Below are positions 35,357-48,199 of a stretch of 64,000 nucleotides of DNA, one piece after another. Where the stretch lies: contig MCFE01000401.1 in the NCBI GenBank assembly GCA_002104905.1, positions 1 to 64,000 on the forward strand, written 5' to 3'. The notes beneath the pieces were generated by a model that did not search any database, was not told the origin of the DNA, and saw only the letters and a program-made list of their open reading frames with translations. The stretch's first letter is position 1. Every line of letters starts with the position of its first letter. This DNA is from Basidiobolus meristosporus CBS 931.73. Its lineage: Eukaryota > Fungi > Basidiobolomycota. The translations under genes and the position numbers were made by a program.

Positions 35357-38300
35357 TTTGCTTTGACCTGAGTTCAAAGCTGAGAGGGGGGTGGATGTAG
35401 TGGGGTCACAGTGACACCCACAGGCAGATGTGTTTCATTCTTATGCGTTCACTTCCCTAAAAAGGATTACCCCGCCTATATTATTATCATCCCAAATTTG
35501 CAATATTTCCTATTTTTGTCTATGTGATTATTACTATGCAACCTGACAAACTATTTGTCACTATTAACCCATTGCACAAGCTATTCTTATTCCTTGCCAA
35601 GATGCCAAGATAAGATAGTTACCTTATAAGGCAAGTACCCCAACAGTGCCCATGTCACGTGACCATCTTGGTTTCATAACCCCCATCTCACTACCATAAG
35701 AGGCAACCACATGACACAGAGGTTTCATATTACCACTACCTGATTGGCTAGGTGCTACTATGTCTCATGGAACAATCTGCCAAGAATTTGCGCTATTTTT
35801 AGTACACAAAGACATGATTGGTTGTCTACTACCTTCTGGAAACTTCTGGAAAGTATTTTCTAGCAAGAAATTGAGCAGCAAAAAAGTATATAAGGGAGGC
35901 TATCCCTTAAAATAAATCATCCCTCTTCCAATATTCCGACTTATTGATTAGTGAGATCACCGCTACCTATTACCACTATTTTCTGACTCAGACCTGACGA
36001 CACTCCCAGGAAACCGCGCTGACAGCCAACTGACCTTGGAGGCACTACTTGTGAGGAATACTCAGAGTAGGTATATTTTATTATATTTGTTTGTTTTCCC
36101 AAGTTTGTTCTTGTACAGGCAAAGATACTTTTCAGTCTTTGTAACTATTGGTCAAAGCTGCATTCTTATCAAGTCCCTGTTGGTGGAGTTTACAGTTGTT
36201 TTGACTTTGGAAGCTTTAGTACATTGTCATCTCAAAGGACGTCAAAGCCATTATAAGCTTTTGTTAAGACGCCAACTAAGTTGGGGATTGTAGTTCAATA
36301 GTTTTCCCTTGACAAGCTTGAGGCTTTATCCCCCATCACATTAGATTAGACAAAAGACCCAGTATTCCTAGCAAGCTTTTTCCAGAGGTTATCGCACCCA
36401 GTGAACACCCCACACACATTCACACTTGAGAAGTGTTGGCCGTATTTTGCCCTCTGGACTTATACACCACCACACCGGAGGAGCTTGAATGGACTGCTAA
36501 GAAATTTAAAAGTATTGGCTCCCTGGAGTACTTCTCACAGGCTCCAATTAATATTCATACACATACACTATAATATAAATGCAAGGACTGGCTGAACTAG
36601 AGATGTGGCTATTTAAGCGGCTTTTAGAAGCCATTTTCACCAAAAATATGTTGGAAACATTGGAAGTCATATGCTGACATTTCAGAAGCGTTTAATCAGA
36701 AGTGGATCACCAATGCAAACTTGATGCATCTACAGCCTCTATGCAGGGAGTTTGCAATGGGATTCAAGCAGCTTTACTTGAAGAATAAGTTGAGCATGTG
36801 GATCTCTGCAGCTACTGTACTCATTCTCTGCTTTATCTTGCTTGGTATGTGGAGAATATTGGGCTTTGCTTCACATTTTGGGAGTTTGCTATGAAGCAGA
36901 TATGTGAGTACACAGGAAGACAAGTCAAGTTGCAGATACTACCATATACAAATCTCATCAAGAAGAGTACCTTCAAGTCCATCATGGATGTGTTGAATTG
37001 GCAAAAGGAGGAGAGCCAGGAAGAGTTGAGAAATTCTGAGGACAGATGTGCACATGAGCCACCTACAACTTTGGCATCAAGAAGCTAAGAAGCCCCATTG
37101 CGTGGGTCAACAATTACGTAATGCAAAGCTGAGTTGGGCACCACAAGTACTAATTTTTATTAGGACAACCTTTCCAAAGCATGCCATGTTTCTGGTGATC
37201 TAGGTCAATTGCTACACCATCTATAATGGAATATGTACAAATAAGAGCCAGAGTACACCAATAATGTGTATGTTACCAGCAAAACAAGGTGTATAGCAGC
37301 TTTGCAAGTATCAAACTAAAAGGCCATTAAGTTGAGGTGATAGAAGTTTGTTAAATGCAGCAGGTGCATGTGTAAGAGCAGTTAGGAAGCAGGAGGCCAT
37401 GGTTTTTCTGACTTAAACTTTGTGTGAAATACACATTTTAGTAGTGGATGAGCAAGTATATTTGGGGTGATTCTACAGTCAAGAATATGAATGGCACAAA
37501 GGGTGGTAGGAAGAGAAAATACCATTTGGTGTATATGCATAGTAGCAATATACAGGGCTAGCTGTAGGCTGTCTTGCAGCCATTATAATGTCAGCAAGGT
37601 TTTGCAATGAGGCCATTGGAACACCATCAAATTTGTTGCCATATGAGGCTATTGGATGTATTGGCCAGTTAGGCTGCTCAAATATATGTAGAGTGCATTA
37701 AGATTGTTAGTATGCCATGCAATTTTTGTCAAAAGACCACGTAAATATTGTCAAGGTTTGTACTTTATTTGGCAGCTATATTGATAATATACTGTCACAA
37801 CCCCGCCATCAGAGGATGTGGAGGGTCAGTAATTCCAAGCTTCTGGTGTTATGATGGACCTGTTGCAGTATCCTGATGGCTGATCTGGACAGTGTCCACC
37901 TAATAGACCAAGTTTGCTTTCATGAGGTGCAATGAAGCCTTTGTAATGTCAGCAGCTTGTAATTATTCACCATCTTTATAATATTTTGATGCAATTGTGA
38001 CTGTGTCTTGATATCTTACTGCTAAATAGGGTGATAAACTTCATGGTGATTTGGCGGTCCTTCATTGGCAGATGAATGGCACTTTAATAGTCTTATTGCA
38101 GCCTTCATGTATCTGGGAAGACCCAACTAGCCGGTACATGCAAATGCCACATATGAAAAAAACTTGATGGCCTTTTGACAGCTTTGATGTGGATATTTGT
38201 GGTATTGCAATGGCAGCATGGTAGTACACAGCTAGTGCTGCATGATGTTACCATACCAATTTACCAGGTGGCATTTTCTTTCTCTACCTCCCCTTTTGTC

Positions 38301-39957
38301 ATCCATGTATTCTGCTGTAGAATCACTTGAATATACTTGCTCATTCACTACTAAAATGGGTATTTCACTTATGGTTGAATCAAAAAAACTATGAACTCCT
38401 GCTTACTAGCCTCTGCGTGTGGGCATACCTACTGCAATTGGCATACTTCTGTTACAGGTCTTGGCATAAGAGTTGTAGAGGAATAGGGAGTTTAGCTAGT
38501 ATTGTATTCACTAGAACTTGAACTGATTTTTATTGAGGTTCCAGCAGCTCCTTATATACATTTTGCCAGATCAATTGCTGACTAATTATATTTCCCAATG
38601 TAGGTTGTGGCTGATGACTCATTTGTCTGCATCACCATCACCCAATAAGCTCCTACTTAATATATCTATTCCTGTCTGATAAGGGTTTGCTGATTCATTT
38701 GCTGACTAATGCTACTGATTAGACAGATAACACTCATACACTGATAGGCTGAACATAAAACTGATTGATTTGACTAAGAATTGATCTAACATAAATATTC
38801 AAGCAGTAGATCAACATGTTCTCCCCTACTAAAGCTGAGAAGGTTCTCCTGAATCTCTTTTCTTATGATACTGGTATTGTGATGGTTCAGTATTGTTGGC
38901 AAGTCTTGCAAGCTTGAGTCTGTCTCTATGAGCTAAATCTTCCCAGATATTCCCTTGTTTGTCCACTAGTTGGTAAGTTGCATATGGACATTCCTTTATG
39001 ATCTTGAAAGAACCTGTCCATTGTGGCTGAAACTTCTTCCCAGTATTGTTTTTCAGCAATCTAAAGTTCCAGACTGTCAATGATTTTGGTTAAAGAGTCT
39101 TATCAAATCTGTATTTCAGCTTCTCAGCACTTTGTGATGCTTTAGCCTGTACCACTTGACGTCTTTGTTCCAGCTGCTGGTGTCTACTTTGCTGACTGAG
39201 CTCATCTTCTAAAGTGTCTGTAAGCTTTGGTTGTGTGAGATCTCCTGGAATCCTTGGTTCACATCCATACACTAAGTAGAATGGCAATTGTTGGGTGGTA
39301 TTGTGTACTCTGACTTTCTGGGGTACTGGAGTAGAGGAATCCTCCTATAATATTGCCATGAGGAACTTTTGGGTGCCTTTTCTAAGTGCTCTACAGCACT
39401 GTGTCTTGCTAAGTTCACTTGTTTCATACACACTGGAATTGACCAATTTGAAATCCAGTCTGGCAGGTAATAGCTTGTAGGTCTTGTTGTTGTTCTGGAT
39501 CTGAGTAGCATGGGTTCTCCAGTTGACTGATGGATTACAACAAAATAGCCAGGTTTTTCCAAGTACAAGGTCAAGCTTGCAGTTCCCAGATATATAGGCC
39601 TGTAGGTCTTCTTCATAATCATTGATCTTCATCCTTACTGGCTGAGTAGTATGGTTGACTATTTGAGAGTTCCCATCAGCTGTTGAGACTGGGAGTTGAT
39701 TTGGTTGGTTCTGAGATGATTCCAGCTTTCAAAGCAAACTACTCTGACATGTGCTCATGCAATGCTTCTGAGTCAATCATGATCTTGGCAGGTACTCTAT
39801 TGATTACTCCATCCAAATATAATAGCTTTCCTGAGTTTGAGGTCATCTGGGATAGGTATTCTTTTGTCATATGAGAGGTGAGTTTTAAGTCTTCTTCATG
39901 TTCATCCACCATGTTACTTTGCTCAAGGGCTTCAATATGATTGAAGGTTCATGATTG

Positions 39958-41830
39958 CTAGTGTCCATTTCTTCTCTGAGGGCAGTACTTTGTAATACAT
40001 CCCTGCTGATGGCAATTGAAGCAAAGTCCTTTCTTCTTACATTCTTCTGAGGTAGGGTTCTTCTGCCTATCTTCTATTTCCATTGGCACTGCTTCTGTTT
40101 GTCTTCTTTCATAATGATTGTAGCCTCTCTGATTAGTCCTTGTTGGCTTCCCAACTCCAAACATAGCTGAGTCATAGTCAATGGCAATCTTGAAGGTTTC
40201 TTTAATAGCCTGGGGTCTTTGATAATTCAGTTCCTTGCAAGTACTTTCTTTCAACCTATCAATAAAGTATTCCATTTGATCCAGGGGATTTATTGTTTCA
40301 ATTTGTCCAAGTAGACATCTATATTCATGGATATACTCTTGAGCCATTCCTTTCTGTCCAAGTGTCCTCAACTTTCTTCTTAGTAGTGTCTGCTGGTGTG
40401 GAGGTTCAAAAGTATTCTGAATTTCTAACACAAACTCATCCCAGGTGGAGATTGTAGAGCATCCCATAATGGTGGCTGACCTTATCTTGTTGTGGTACCA
40501 CTGTAGAGCTGCATCTGCCAGATAAGAGGCTGCATAAGATAACTTGCTTTCTGGAGCAAATTCCCTTAGCCTTGAAAGCTTCTTCAATTGGGAAGAGCCA
40601 GGTTCCCAGGTTTTCATTGACTCTACCATAGTACCAGTGTAGTGGGGTGACATTGACACCCACTGACAGATGTGCTCATTCCCTTATTTTCTACTTCCCT
40701 ATATCTCTACTACACTTATTTTAGTTTTATCCCATTTGTCTTACCCAATCAGTACCATCCCATAAGCTGGTTGACTATCACACCTGCTTACCTTATTGCA
40801 TAAGTTACTCCCGCTTTATGTAAAATTACTAGCTATAAGTGCTACTATATTACGCAAGTACCCGCGCCAGTACCCATGACACATGATCAACCTGTGTCAC
40901 CATCCCTACCATTCCCATACCATATGGTATCCCTATGTTACACAGGTCTCAGAATACTGATTCCTTATTGGTTGGATGTGCTGTGCCTCTTGGAACCTTC
41001 CGGCACCTACTTAGAACATTCTTAGGTCATTCTGATGTCATTAAGATTTCTATTGATATCCGGAACATTCTGGAACACCATGATTAGTTATCACTTGGCC
41101 AGTAAGAAAAGTATACAAGAGAGGCTATCCCTCAACAATAGGTCATCATCCCTTTTATCAATATACTGACTTGTTGATTAGTGTGATCACTGCTACCTGC
41201 TGCTACCTGAACTTCCATACCCAGACCACAGGACACTCCCAGGAAGCCACGCAGACAGCCAACTGACCTTGGAGGCATTACTTGTGAGGAATACACAGAG
41301 TAGGTATCTTTTATTATATTTGATTCTTTCCCAAGCTTGTTCTTGAACAGGCAAAGATACTTTTCCGTCTTTGTAACTATTGACCACAGCTGCATTCTTA
41401 TCAAGTCCCTGCTGGTGGAGTTTACAGTTGTTTTGACTTTGGAAGCTTTAGTACATGTCATCTCAAAGGACACTGAACCCAGCACCTACTTTTGCTAAGA
41501 TGCCAACTAAGTTGGGGATTGTAGCTCAATAGTTTTCCCTTGACAAGCTTGTGGCTTTATTCCCCTTCACATAAGATTGGAGACAGAACCCAAGTATTCC
41601 TAGCAAAGCTTTTGCCAGAGGTTATTGCACCCAGTGAACACCCCACTCACAAAACACTTGAGAAGTGTTGGACTTATCTCTCCCTTGGACTTATACACCA
41701 CCACACCAGTTTACCTTCACACTAAAGTTGCTATTGACAGAGTTTTGCTGACTTTGGGCCATGGTAGTCATTCCTTGTTGCTGCTGGCTAAGGATCTGGA
41801 GTAACTATTGCTGTTGGGCCAGCATTTGCG
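39958..41830 (-). pseudogene. Gypsy-B gag, interrupted by a solo LTR-A
   Basis: ORF 39958-40659 (AALQWY..TWDEF..FEPP..LRTLGQKG..CFNCHQQGCITKYC). Confidence 0.85.
40638..41705 (+). repeat. Solo LTR, gypsy family A subfamily
   Basis: TGTAGTGGGG...CACCACCACA; TSD CCAG; diverged homolog of 29283-30362. Confidence 0.93.
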
Positions 41831-42611
41831 GCATAGCATTCTTCAATCCTTGATTTTTAGACATCTTGAGGGAGGCTTCTTCTTTCATCAGGAGGGAGGT
41901 TTCTGGTTATTACTGCTACTAATGTTACAAGTCTTCGTATAAGAGTTGTAGAGGAATAGGGAGTTTAGCTAGCATTGTATTCACTAGAACTTGAACTGAT
42001 TTTTATTGAGGTTCCAGCAGCTCCTTATATACATTTTGCCAGATCAATTGCTGACTAATTATATTTCCCAATGTAGGTTGTGGCTGATGACTCATTTGAT
42101 TGCATCATAATCACCCAGTAAGATCTTACTTACTATATCTATTCCTGTCTGATTAGGATCTGCTGATTTATTTGCTGACTAATGCTACTGATTTGATAGA
42201 TAACACTCATATACTGATAGGGTGAATATACAACTAGTTGATTTGACTAAAAATTGATCTAATTTAAGCATTAAAGCAGTGGATCATAACACTTCTCTCA
42301 CCTTAACATTATGGCTTTTCATTGTGATACTTACAAACATGCCATATTGGTTGTATTGCTGATAGCATATATATCATGCAAGTATGTTCATGGTTGCTGC
42401 TGCTGTTGCCATGAATACCTCTGGATTATCTGCAAAATACTCTTTGGTACTTAGCCAATATCTTTCTACTCCCCGCTATATTCTAGCTCCCCTTATTAGT
42501 ATGCTTTAGTTATTGTATGTACAAATCCAATGTTGAAAGGTGCACACACTGGCTTGTACCTATTAGAAACCTGGCACACTATGATGATGCTGTACTGATA
42601 TGAATTTGTTG

Positions 42612-42979
42612 CATTATAATCAACTGCTGTATTGTTTGAGTTCGAGCAGTTTTTATTCAAATCAATTAGTTTTACATTTAGCCTCTCAGTATAAGAGTAT
42701 TATCTATCAAATCTGTGGTATTAGTTGGCCAGTCACTCAGCAGATCCTTATCAGGCAGAAATAGATGTATCAAGTTGAACCAAATTGGGTGATGATGATG
42801 CAATCAAATGAGTAATAAGCCACAGCCTACATTAGGAGATACAATTAGTCAGCATTTGATCTGGCAAAATGTATAAATGGAGTGCTGGAACCTCAACAAA
42901 AATCAGTTCAAGTTTTAGTGAATACAATATTTGCTAAACTCTTTATTCCTCTAAAACTCTTATAACAGGACTTGCAACA
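42612..42979 (+). repeat. Solo LTR, gypsy family B
   Basis: Reverse-complement homolog of 41923-42291; flanked by GTTG(C); 5' dinucleotide not canonical. Confidence 0.8.
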
Positions 42980-45236
42980 GTTGCTTGTTGTATCCAACTC
43001 AGCTTTGCATTACCTAACCAATTAACCATGCATTGGGGCAGCTTAGGTTCCTAATGCGAAAGGTATTAGTGTCTCCCTCTGCATATCTCTCCTCTGTACT
43101 TTCCAACTCTTCCTGGCAGTCCTCCATGTGCAAACTCTAACATTCCTGATGGTGTGAATTCAGTTCATTTAGTCCAAGCATTTGTATTGATGCATATGCA
43201 TATGAATATCAGTTGGATCTTTTAAGAAATGCTTTGGTAAACAAATACTATGCAATACCTTGCCAATTCTGCTTAATTTTGCTGATAACCTAAAGCACTC
43301 ATTTAGCCCAAGATGCCCAAAATATAAACTAGTGACTAGTATAGGGATATTGTAGAAGAGCAAATGTATGGCTTCTAGTGGAATGTGCTTGCTTCTACTG
43401 ATTCCACCCTTCTTTAGTGTCTCTAGTTTTCAGTTAACTCCATATTCTTGCCAAAAACGTATACCATGCCAGCTTTTCTGTAATTGCATGCTGACCTCAG
43501 TCCTCTCTCTTCCTGAGCAGATGATGTGCATGGTATTGGTCCTTGAATGGTAATGATATGTGTGAGTATGGAGTAAATTCCCTAGATTCCACACATTGAG
43601 TGGCAATACCATCCATTATGCCCAGTCAAGCTGGCCATCTTGCTTATTGCCACAGTATCTCCAATGCAGATAAAAATATGGGCTTTGACATGATGTTCAT
43701 TTACCAGGATATGGCCGGAGAGCATGCAAAACTCTTCCAATAATGAATACAGGCAGCTACATCAGTTCAACAATGATTTAGGCCCAGATATTAGTGAGAC
43801 AACCATGAAACTTCTGCTCTTATACAGTAAGATTAGTGACATATTCAGGCTAATGAGGATATGTTGCTAGCAGGATCAGTTGGCAGGGTGCTTGTTCAGT
43901 GGGAAATTATCAGGTGCCAAAGCAAAGGAATGGTCATAGATACCTTAGGAGTAACCCTTGCTTCTTGACTGTTTGTAATTTTTGCCATCAAATATTTATT
44001 GAAAACGCATACTCTTGGTTAATAATCAGTGTAGTACTTTACAGCTTCACAATATTAGTTGGACTGCATGAGCTTCTTTAGTCAGGGTACTACTCAAATA
44101 AATCTGTATTATATATAATGCTATCCTTCTGTAGCTTGAACACCTGACAAGTTTGACACCTTGCAATGGTGGCACTTTTTGATGTGAATGTCCTTCAACT
44201 TTTAACACAAGCTAGTATCAGAATGGATTCTAGCTCATGTGTTGCCAGCTGCATGATAGTTCTCTCTTTGCACCAAGTACAAGGGAAGTTGCATCCTGTA
44301 ATGATTTTTCAAGAAGTAGCAGTGGATCTTCAAAGCCAACATCACTGATATTGGTGATGTTAGATGAGTGCCAAACAGATCTATAGTGTGTCAGAGAGAG
44401 ATTGCCAATCTATACCTGGTCACACAATATGAAACATAACTCTTCAACTTCATGCAAAGTTGCACATGTGTCTCACCCACTGTACTGCAGAGAGCTTGGT
44501 TTATAACCTTTTTTGCATAGAATCATCTTGGACCAATGGTAATATCTGATGAGGCACTGAACCTGGCAGTACCAGCTAAAGACTAACATATATGGGAGCC
44601 AGTGAATGAACAATGGCATAAGGCTGCAGGGTTTCTGCTAAAGTGATGGAAAATGGGCATTTTGCCAGAATTACCTATGAGATGATAGATTTTGATGGAG
44701 TAATATGTTAGGTAAGAGGCTGAGCCTAGTATTAATGTTAAGTGCTGAGACTTGTATAGGTCATTACAATTGGCAATTTAGTAATGAACATAAATTGACC
44801 AGCAATAATCCAATTTGCATGAATGAAAAGTAAGTGCCTCATTTGTGTCATAAAGTCAAGAACGCAAAAAAGAACTAATAGCTAATTGCTGTATGCTACT
44901 GTAGGTGGTAATATAGTGTCTGGGATCAGAAAGCAATTGTGTTGGCAGATAACCCATCAAACTCCACTAATTAATGAGGGCAATGCTAGAGCTTGGCTGT
45001 GCTGAGTTGCACCAGATGATATAACAGAACCAGCCTGAAGTGCCAAGCACCGGCACATTCTTTTACTTGCCAAAGCTCCTGTGGTGGAGGCACTTCATGT
45101 GGGTTATTGTCAGTCAGTTCACCAGAAGTAACTTGCTGATGTTCAGGTGTGCCAACATATGCAGGCATGACTTGATGTGTTGGCATAGCCTTGGCTAGTT
45201 TGATGTGGTGTTACATGTTGATGCAACTTGGCCTGC

Positions 45237-46307
45237 TGTGGAGGTGTATAGGTCCCAGGGAGAGATATGTCCAACACTTCTCAAGTGTTTTGTGTGTGGG
45301 GTGTTCACTGGGTGCAACAACCACTGGCAAAAGCTTGCTAGGAATACTTGGGTTCTGTCCTTAATCTAATGTGATGGGGACTAAAGCCACAAGCTTGTCA
45401 AGGGAAAACTATTGAGTTGCAATCCCCAACTTAGTTGGTGTCTTAACAAAATTATGTGCAGGGTTCAGCGTCCTTTGAGATGACAATGTACTAAAGCTTC
45501 CAAAGTCCAAACAACTGTAAACTCCACCAGCAGGGGCTTGATAAGAATGCAGCTGTGGTCAATAGTTACAAAGACAGAAAAGTATCTTTGCCTGTACAAG
45601 AACAAGCTTGGCAAAGAATCAAATATAATAAAAGATATCTACTCTGAGTATTCCTCACAAGTAGTGCCTCCAAGGTCAGTTTGCTGTCAGTGCAGTTTCC
45701 TGGGAGTGTCCTGTGGTCTGGGGTTGGAAGTTCAGGTAGCAGCAGGTAGCAGTGATCATACTAATCAACAAGTGGGTATATTGATAAAAGGGATGATCAT
45801 TTATTGCTGAGGGATAGCCTCCCTGATATACTTTTCTCACTGGCTAAGTGATTACTAATCATGGTGTTCCAGAAGGTTCCAGATATCAATAGAAGTTGTA
45901 ATGACATCAGAATGACCTAAGAATGTTCTAAGTAGGTGCCAGAAGGTTCTAAGAAGCACAGCACATCCAACCAATCAGAAATCAGTACTCTGAAACCTGT
46001 GTGACATAGGGATACCATATATGGTATAGAGAAGGTAGGGATGGTGACATGTGTTGATCATGTGTGACAGGTTCTGGTGTGGGTACTTGCCTAATATAGA
46101 AGCACTTACTGCTAGTAATCTTACATAAAGTGGGGGATAACTTATTTAATAAGGTAAGCAGATGTGATAGTCAACCAGCTTATGGGATAGTACTGATCAG
46201 ATAAGACAAATGGGATAAAACTAAAATAAGGGTAGTAGAGAAATAGTGAAGTAGAAAATATAGGAATGAGCACATCTGTGAGTGGGTGTCACTGTGACCC
46301 CACTACA
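45237..46307 (-). repeat. Solo LTR, gypsy family A subfamily
   Basis: Reverse complement of the 40638-41705 type; TSD CTGC; empty site ggcCTGCtcc at ~56005. Confidence 0.93.
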
Positions 46308-47350
46308 CTGCTCCAATGGACTCATGTCTAAATGAGGAGCTTGGTGCGTTCTGGTAGTTTTGCGCTGAAGCACATGCATTAATCTAATGTGCATTGACTT
46401 GATATGGGGTGCTCTTGTGAAGGATGTTTGCATGAATTGGACTGACATCGGAACTCAGCAAGGTGTGCTGGCATAATCTAGAAGCAGTTGTTTACAGTCT
46501 GTATTGCTCCTACTGAAGCTCATGTTCCAGTTCCTCAAGGTATTCACTTATCCTCTGTCTGGTACTTTGGAACTGTTGCCTTGATGAGTCCTGTGTGTAT
46601 GGCTCTTGGAAGCTACTTAGCTCCACTAATATATCACATACTACATTAGTCATATGAGGCAAAAACGCATTCAAAATTGCTTTGGTTCCCAAATTTGGGG
46701 CTCAAACAGATGTGTCCTGACCATACTGTGCAAATTGCATGCAGAATTGTTTGCATGCATCTCCCTCATCAAATCCTCTCACTCTTGGCTATTTGTGTTT
46801 GCAATACCTGTCTTGTTATATATCTTGTTACATACATCTGCTGGCATCTGGACATAGAATTCATGCACACAGCTTTCTACTTGGATTCTTCCATCTCTGC
46901 TGACTCTGTGGGTATCCAGTTCTACCAGATTATTGAGTAGTGTCCAAATATCTGTATGAAGGCTCTTCATAAACACATGAGTCATACTAAGATCATTTGG
47001 CAAGAACTCCAATGGATCTGGCATTGACTATCCAATCCAGACCATGCTTGTGATCAGCGGGATGGGTTTTGTCTGGGTTGAACTAAAGATGAGGTGAGAC
47101 TTGGTATAAGGACCATGGTGCTGGATTTGGATACTTATATGGTAGTGTATTGGCATCAACCCATTTATGAAATATATATGAAAGCTAAAGCAGTTGTTTT
47201 TTCCATATATTATGATTGATGCATCTTGGATAGCATTGACATAGCTCATATCACATCAATTGCAGATTTCCTATTTGATTATAGACTTGTGCGTAAACCA
47301 TCAATAAAGTCACCAAGTCATTGCTTAGCTATGATTTTTGCAACATATTA

Positions 47351-48082
47351 GACTTGTTCCGTTGGATAGTGCCACATTGAGCCATGAGTGCCAAATGATG
47401 CCATAGTGTGCCAGAGAGGTAAAGTGAGCCTATACTTGGCCACAGAGTGTGAAACATAGCTCTGCATCTTCATGCAAAGCAGCCCCTGTGTTTCACGCAT
47501 TGCGCAGGAGAAAATCTATTTTTTGACCTTTTTTTGTGGATCAATGTAGCTCAGGATGTGTAAGAGCACAGGAGAACTGAAGATAAGCATCTGGTACTCA
47601 ATAACCATGGCACTCTGAATCTAGCTCCTGTGGCTTATATCATCTCACAACAATGCATGGCACTATCTTGGTCCACTGGTACTATCTGGCACTATATTTA
47701 AATATTAGCCCTAAAGTAAGATCTATACAAAGCACTTATAGTGCCAGATAGTACCAGTGGACCAAGATAGTGCCATGCATTGTTGTGACATGATACAAGC
47801 CACAGGAGCTAGATTCAGAGTGCCATGGGTATTGAGTACCAGATGCATATCTTCATTCTGCTTGTGCTCTAACACATGCTGCACAACAATGATCCAAAAA
47901 AAAAGGGCAAAAAATGGATTTTCTCTAGCACAATGGGTGAAACACAGGGGCTGCTTTGCATGAGGATGCGGAGCTATGTTTCACACTCTGTGGCCAAGTA
48001 TAGGCTCACTGTACCTCTCTGGCACACTATGGCATCATTTGGCACTCATGGCTCAATGTGGCACTATCCAATGGAACAAGTC
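47351..48082. mobile_element. Fold-back MITE, second copy (spacer inverted relative to 1455-2186)
   Basis: Arms 47351-47696 and 47737-48082; TA flanks; empty site gcaacaTAatgatggg at ~57083-57098. Confidence 0.92.
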
Positions 48083-48199
48083 TAATGATGGGACACATGG
48101 CAAATGATGGAGATTTAATTATGATGCATGGAAAATTTGATATATTATGCTGATTGCACCAAATTGATTCATATCACCTCTGCTCAATCATATACAAGC

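Larger units (their letters stand above)
29283..36474 (+). mobile_element. Ty3/gypsy LTR retrotransposon, family A, full length
   Basis: LTRs 29283-30362 and 35396-36474, identical by eye apart from a 1-bp indel; 4-bp TSD CCAG/CCGG; purine tract GAGAGGGGGG just before 35396. Confidence 0.97.
27400..37927 (+). mobile_element. CACTA/EnSpm-type element copy C (left end lost; hosts Gypsy-A); boundaries approximate
   Basis: Second-gene remnants 27460-28100; transposase remnants 28200-29282 and 36475-37400; degenerate right terminus tttCATGAGG at 37921-37927. Confidence 0.65.
38450..42291 (-). mobile_element. Ty3/gypsy family B element lacking RT, RNase H and the integrase core
   Basis: LTRs 38450-38816 and 41923-42291; TSD CTTC; PPT AGTAGGGGAGAA (- strand, ~38819-38830); gag with a CX2CX4CX4C knuckle; protease IDS-A and DLVLGKTWL; integrase C-terminus PFYLVYG..WTGSF. 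Confidence 0.9.
37990..44980 (-). mobile_element. CACTA/EnSpm-type element copy D (inverted, deleted; hosts Gypsy-B and a solo LTR-B); boundaries approximate
   Basis: 38000-38449, 42296-42611 and 42980-44350 are reverse complements of 53250-55790; 44440-44960 is the second-gene C-terminus. Confidence 0.65.

Noticed and set aside
38147-38165. CACATATGAAAAAA as an EnSpm terminus
   Set aside because: It aligns with an internal subterminal region (reverse complement of ~55625-55655) and the homology continues on both sides.
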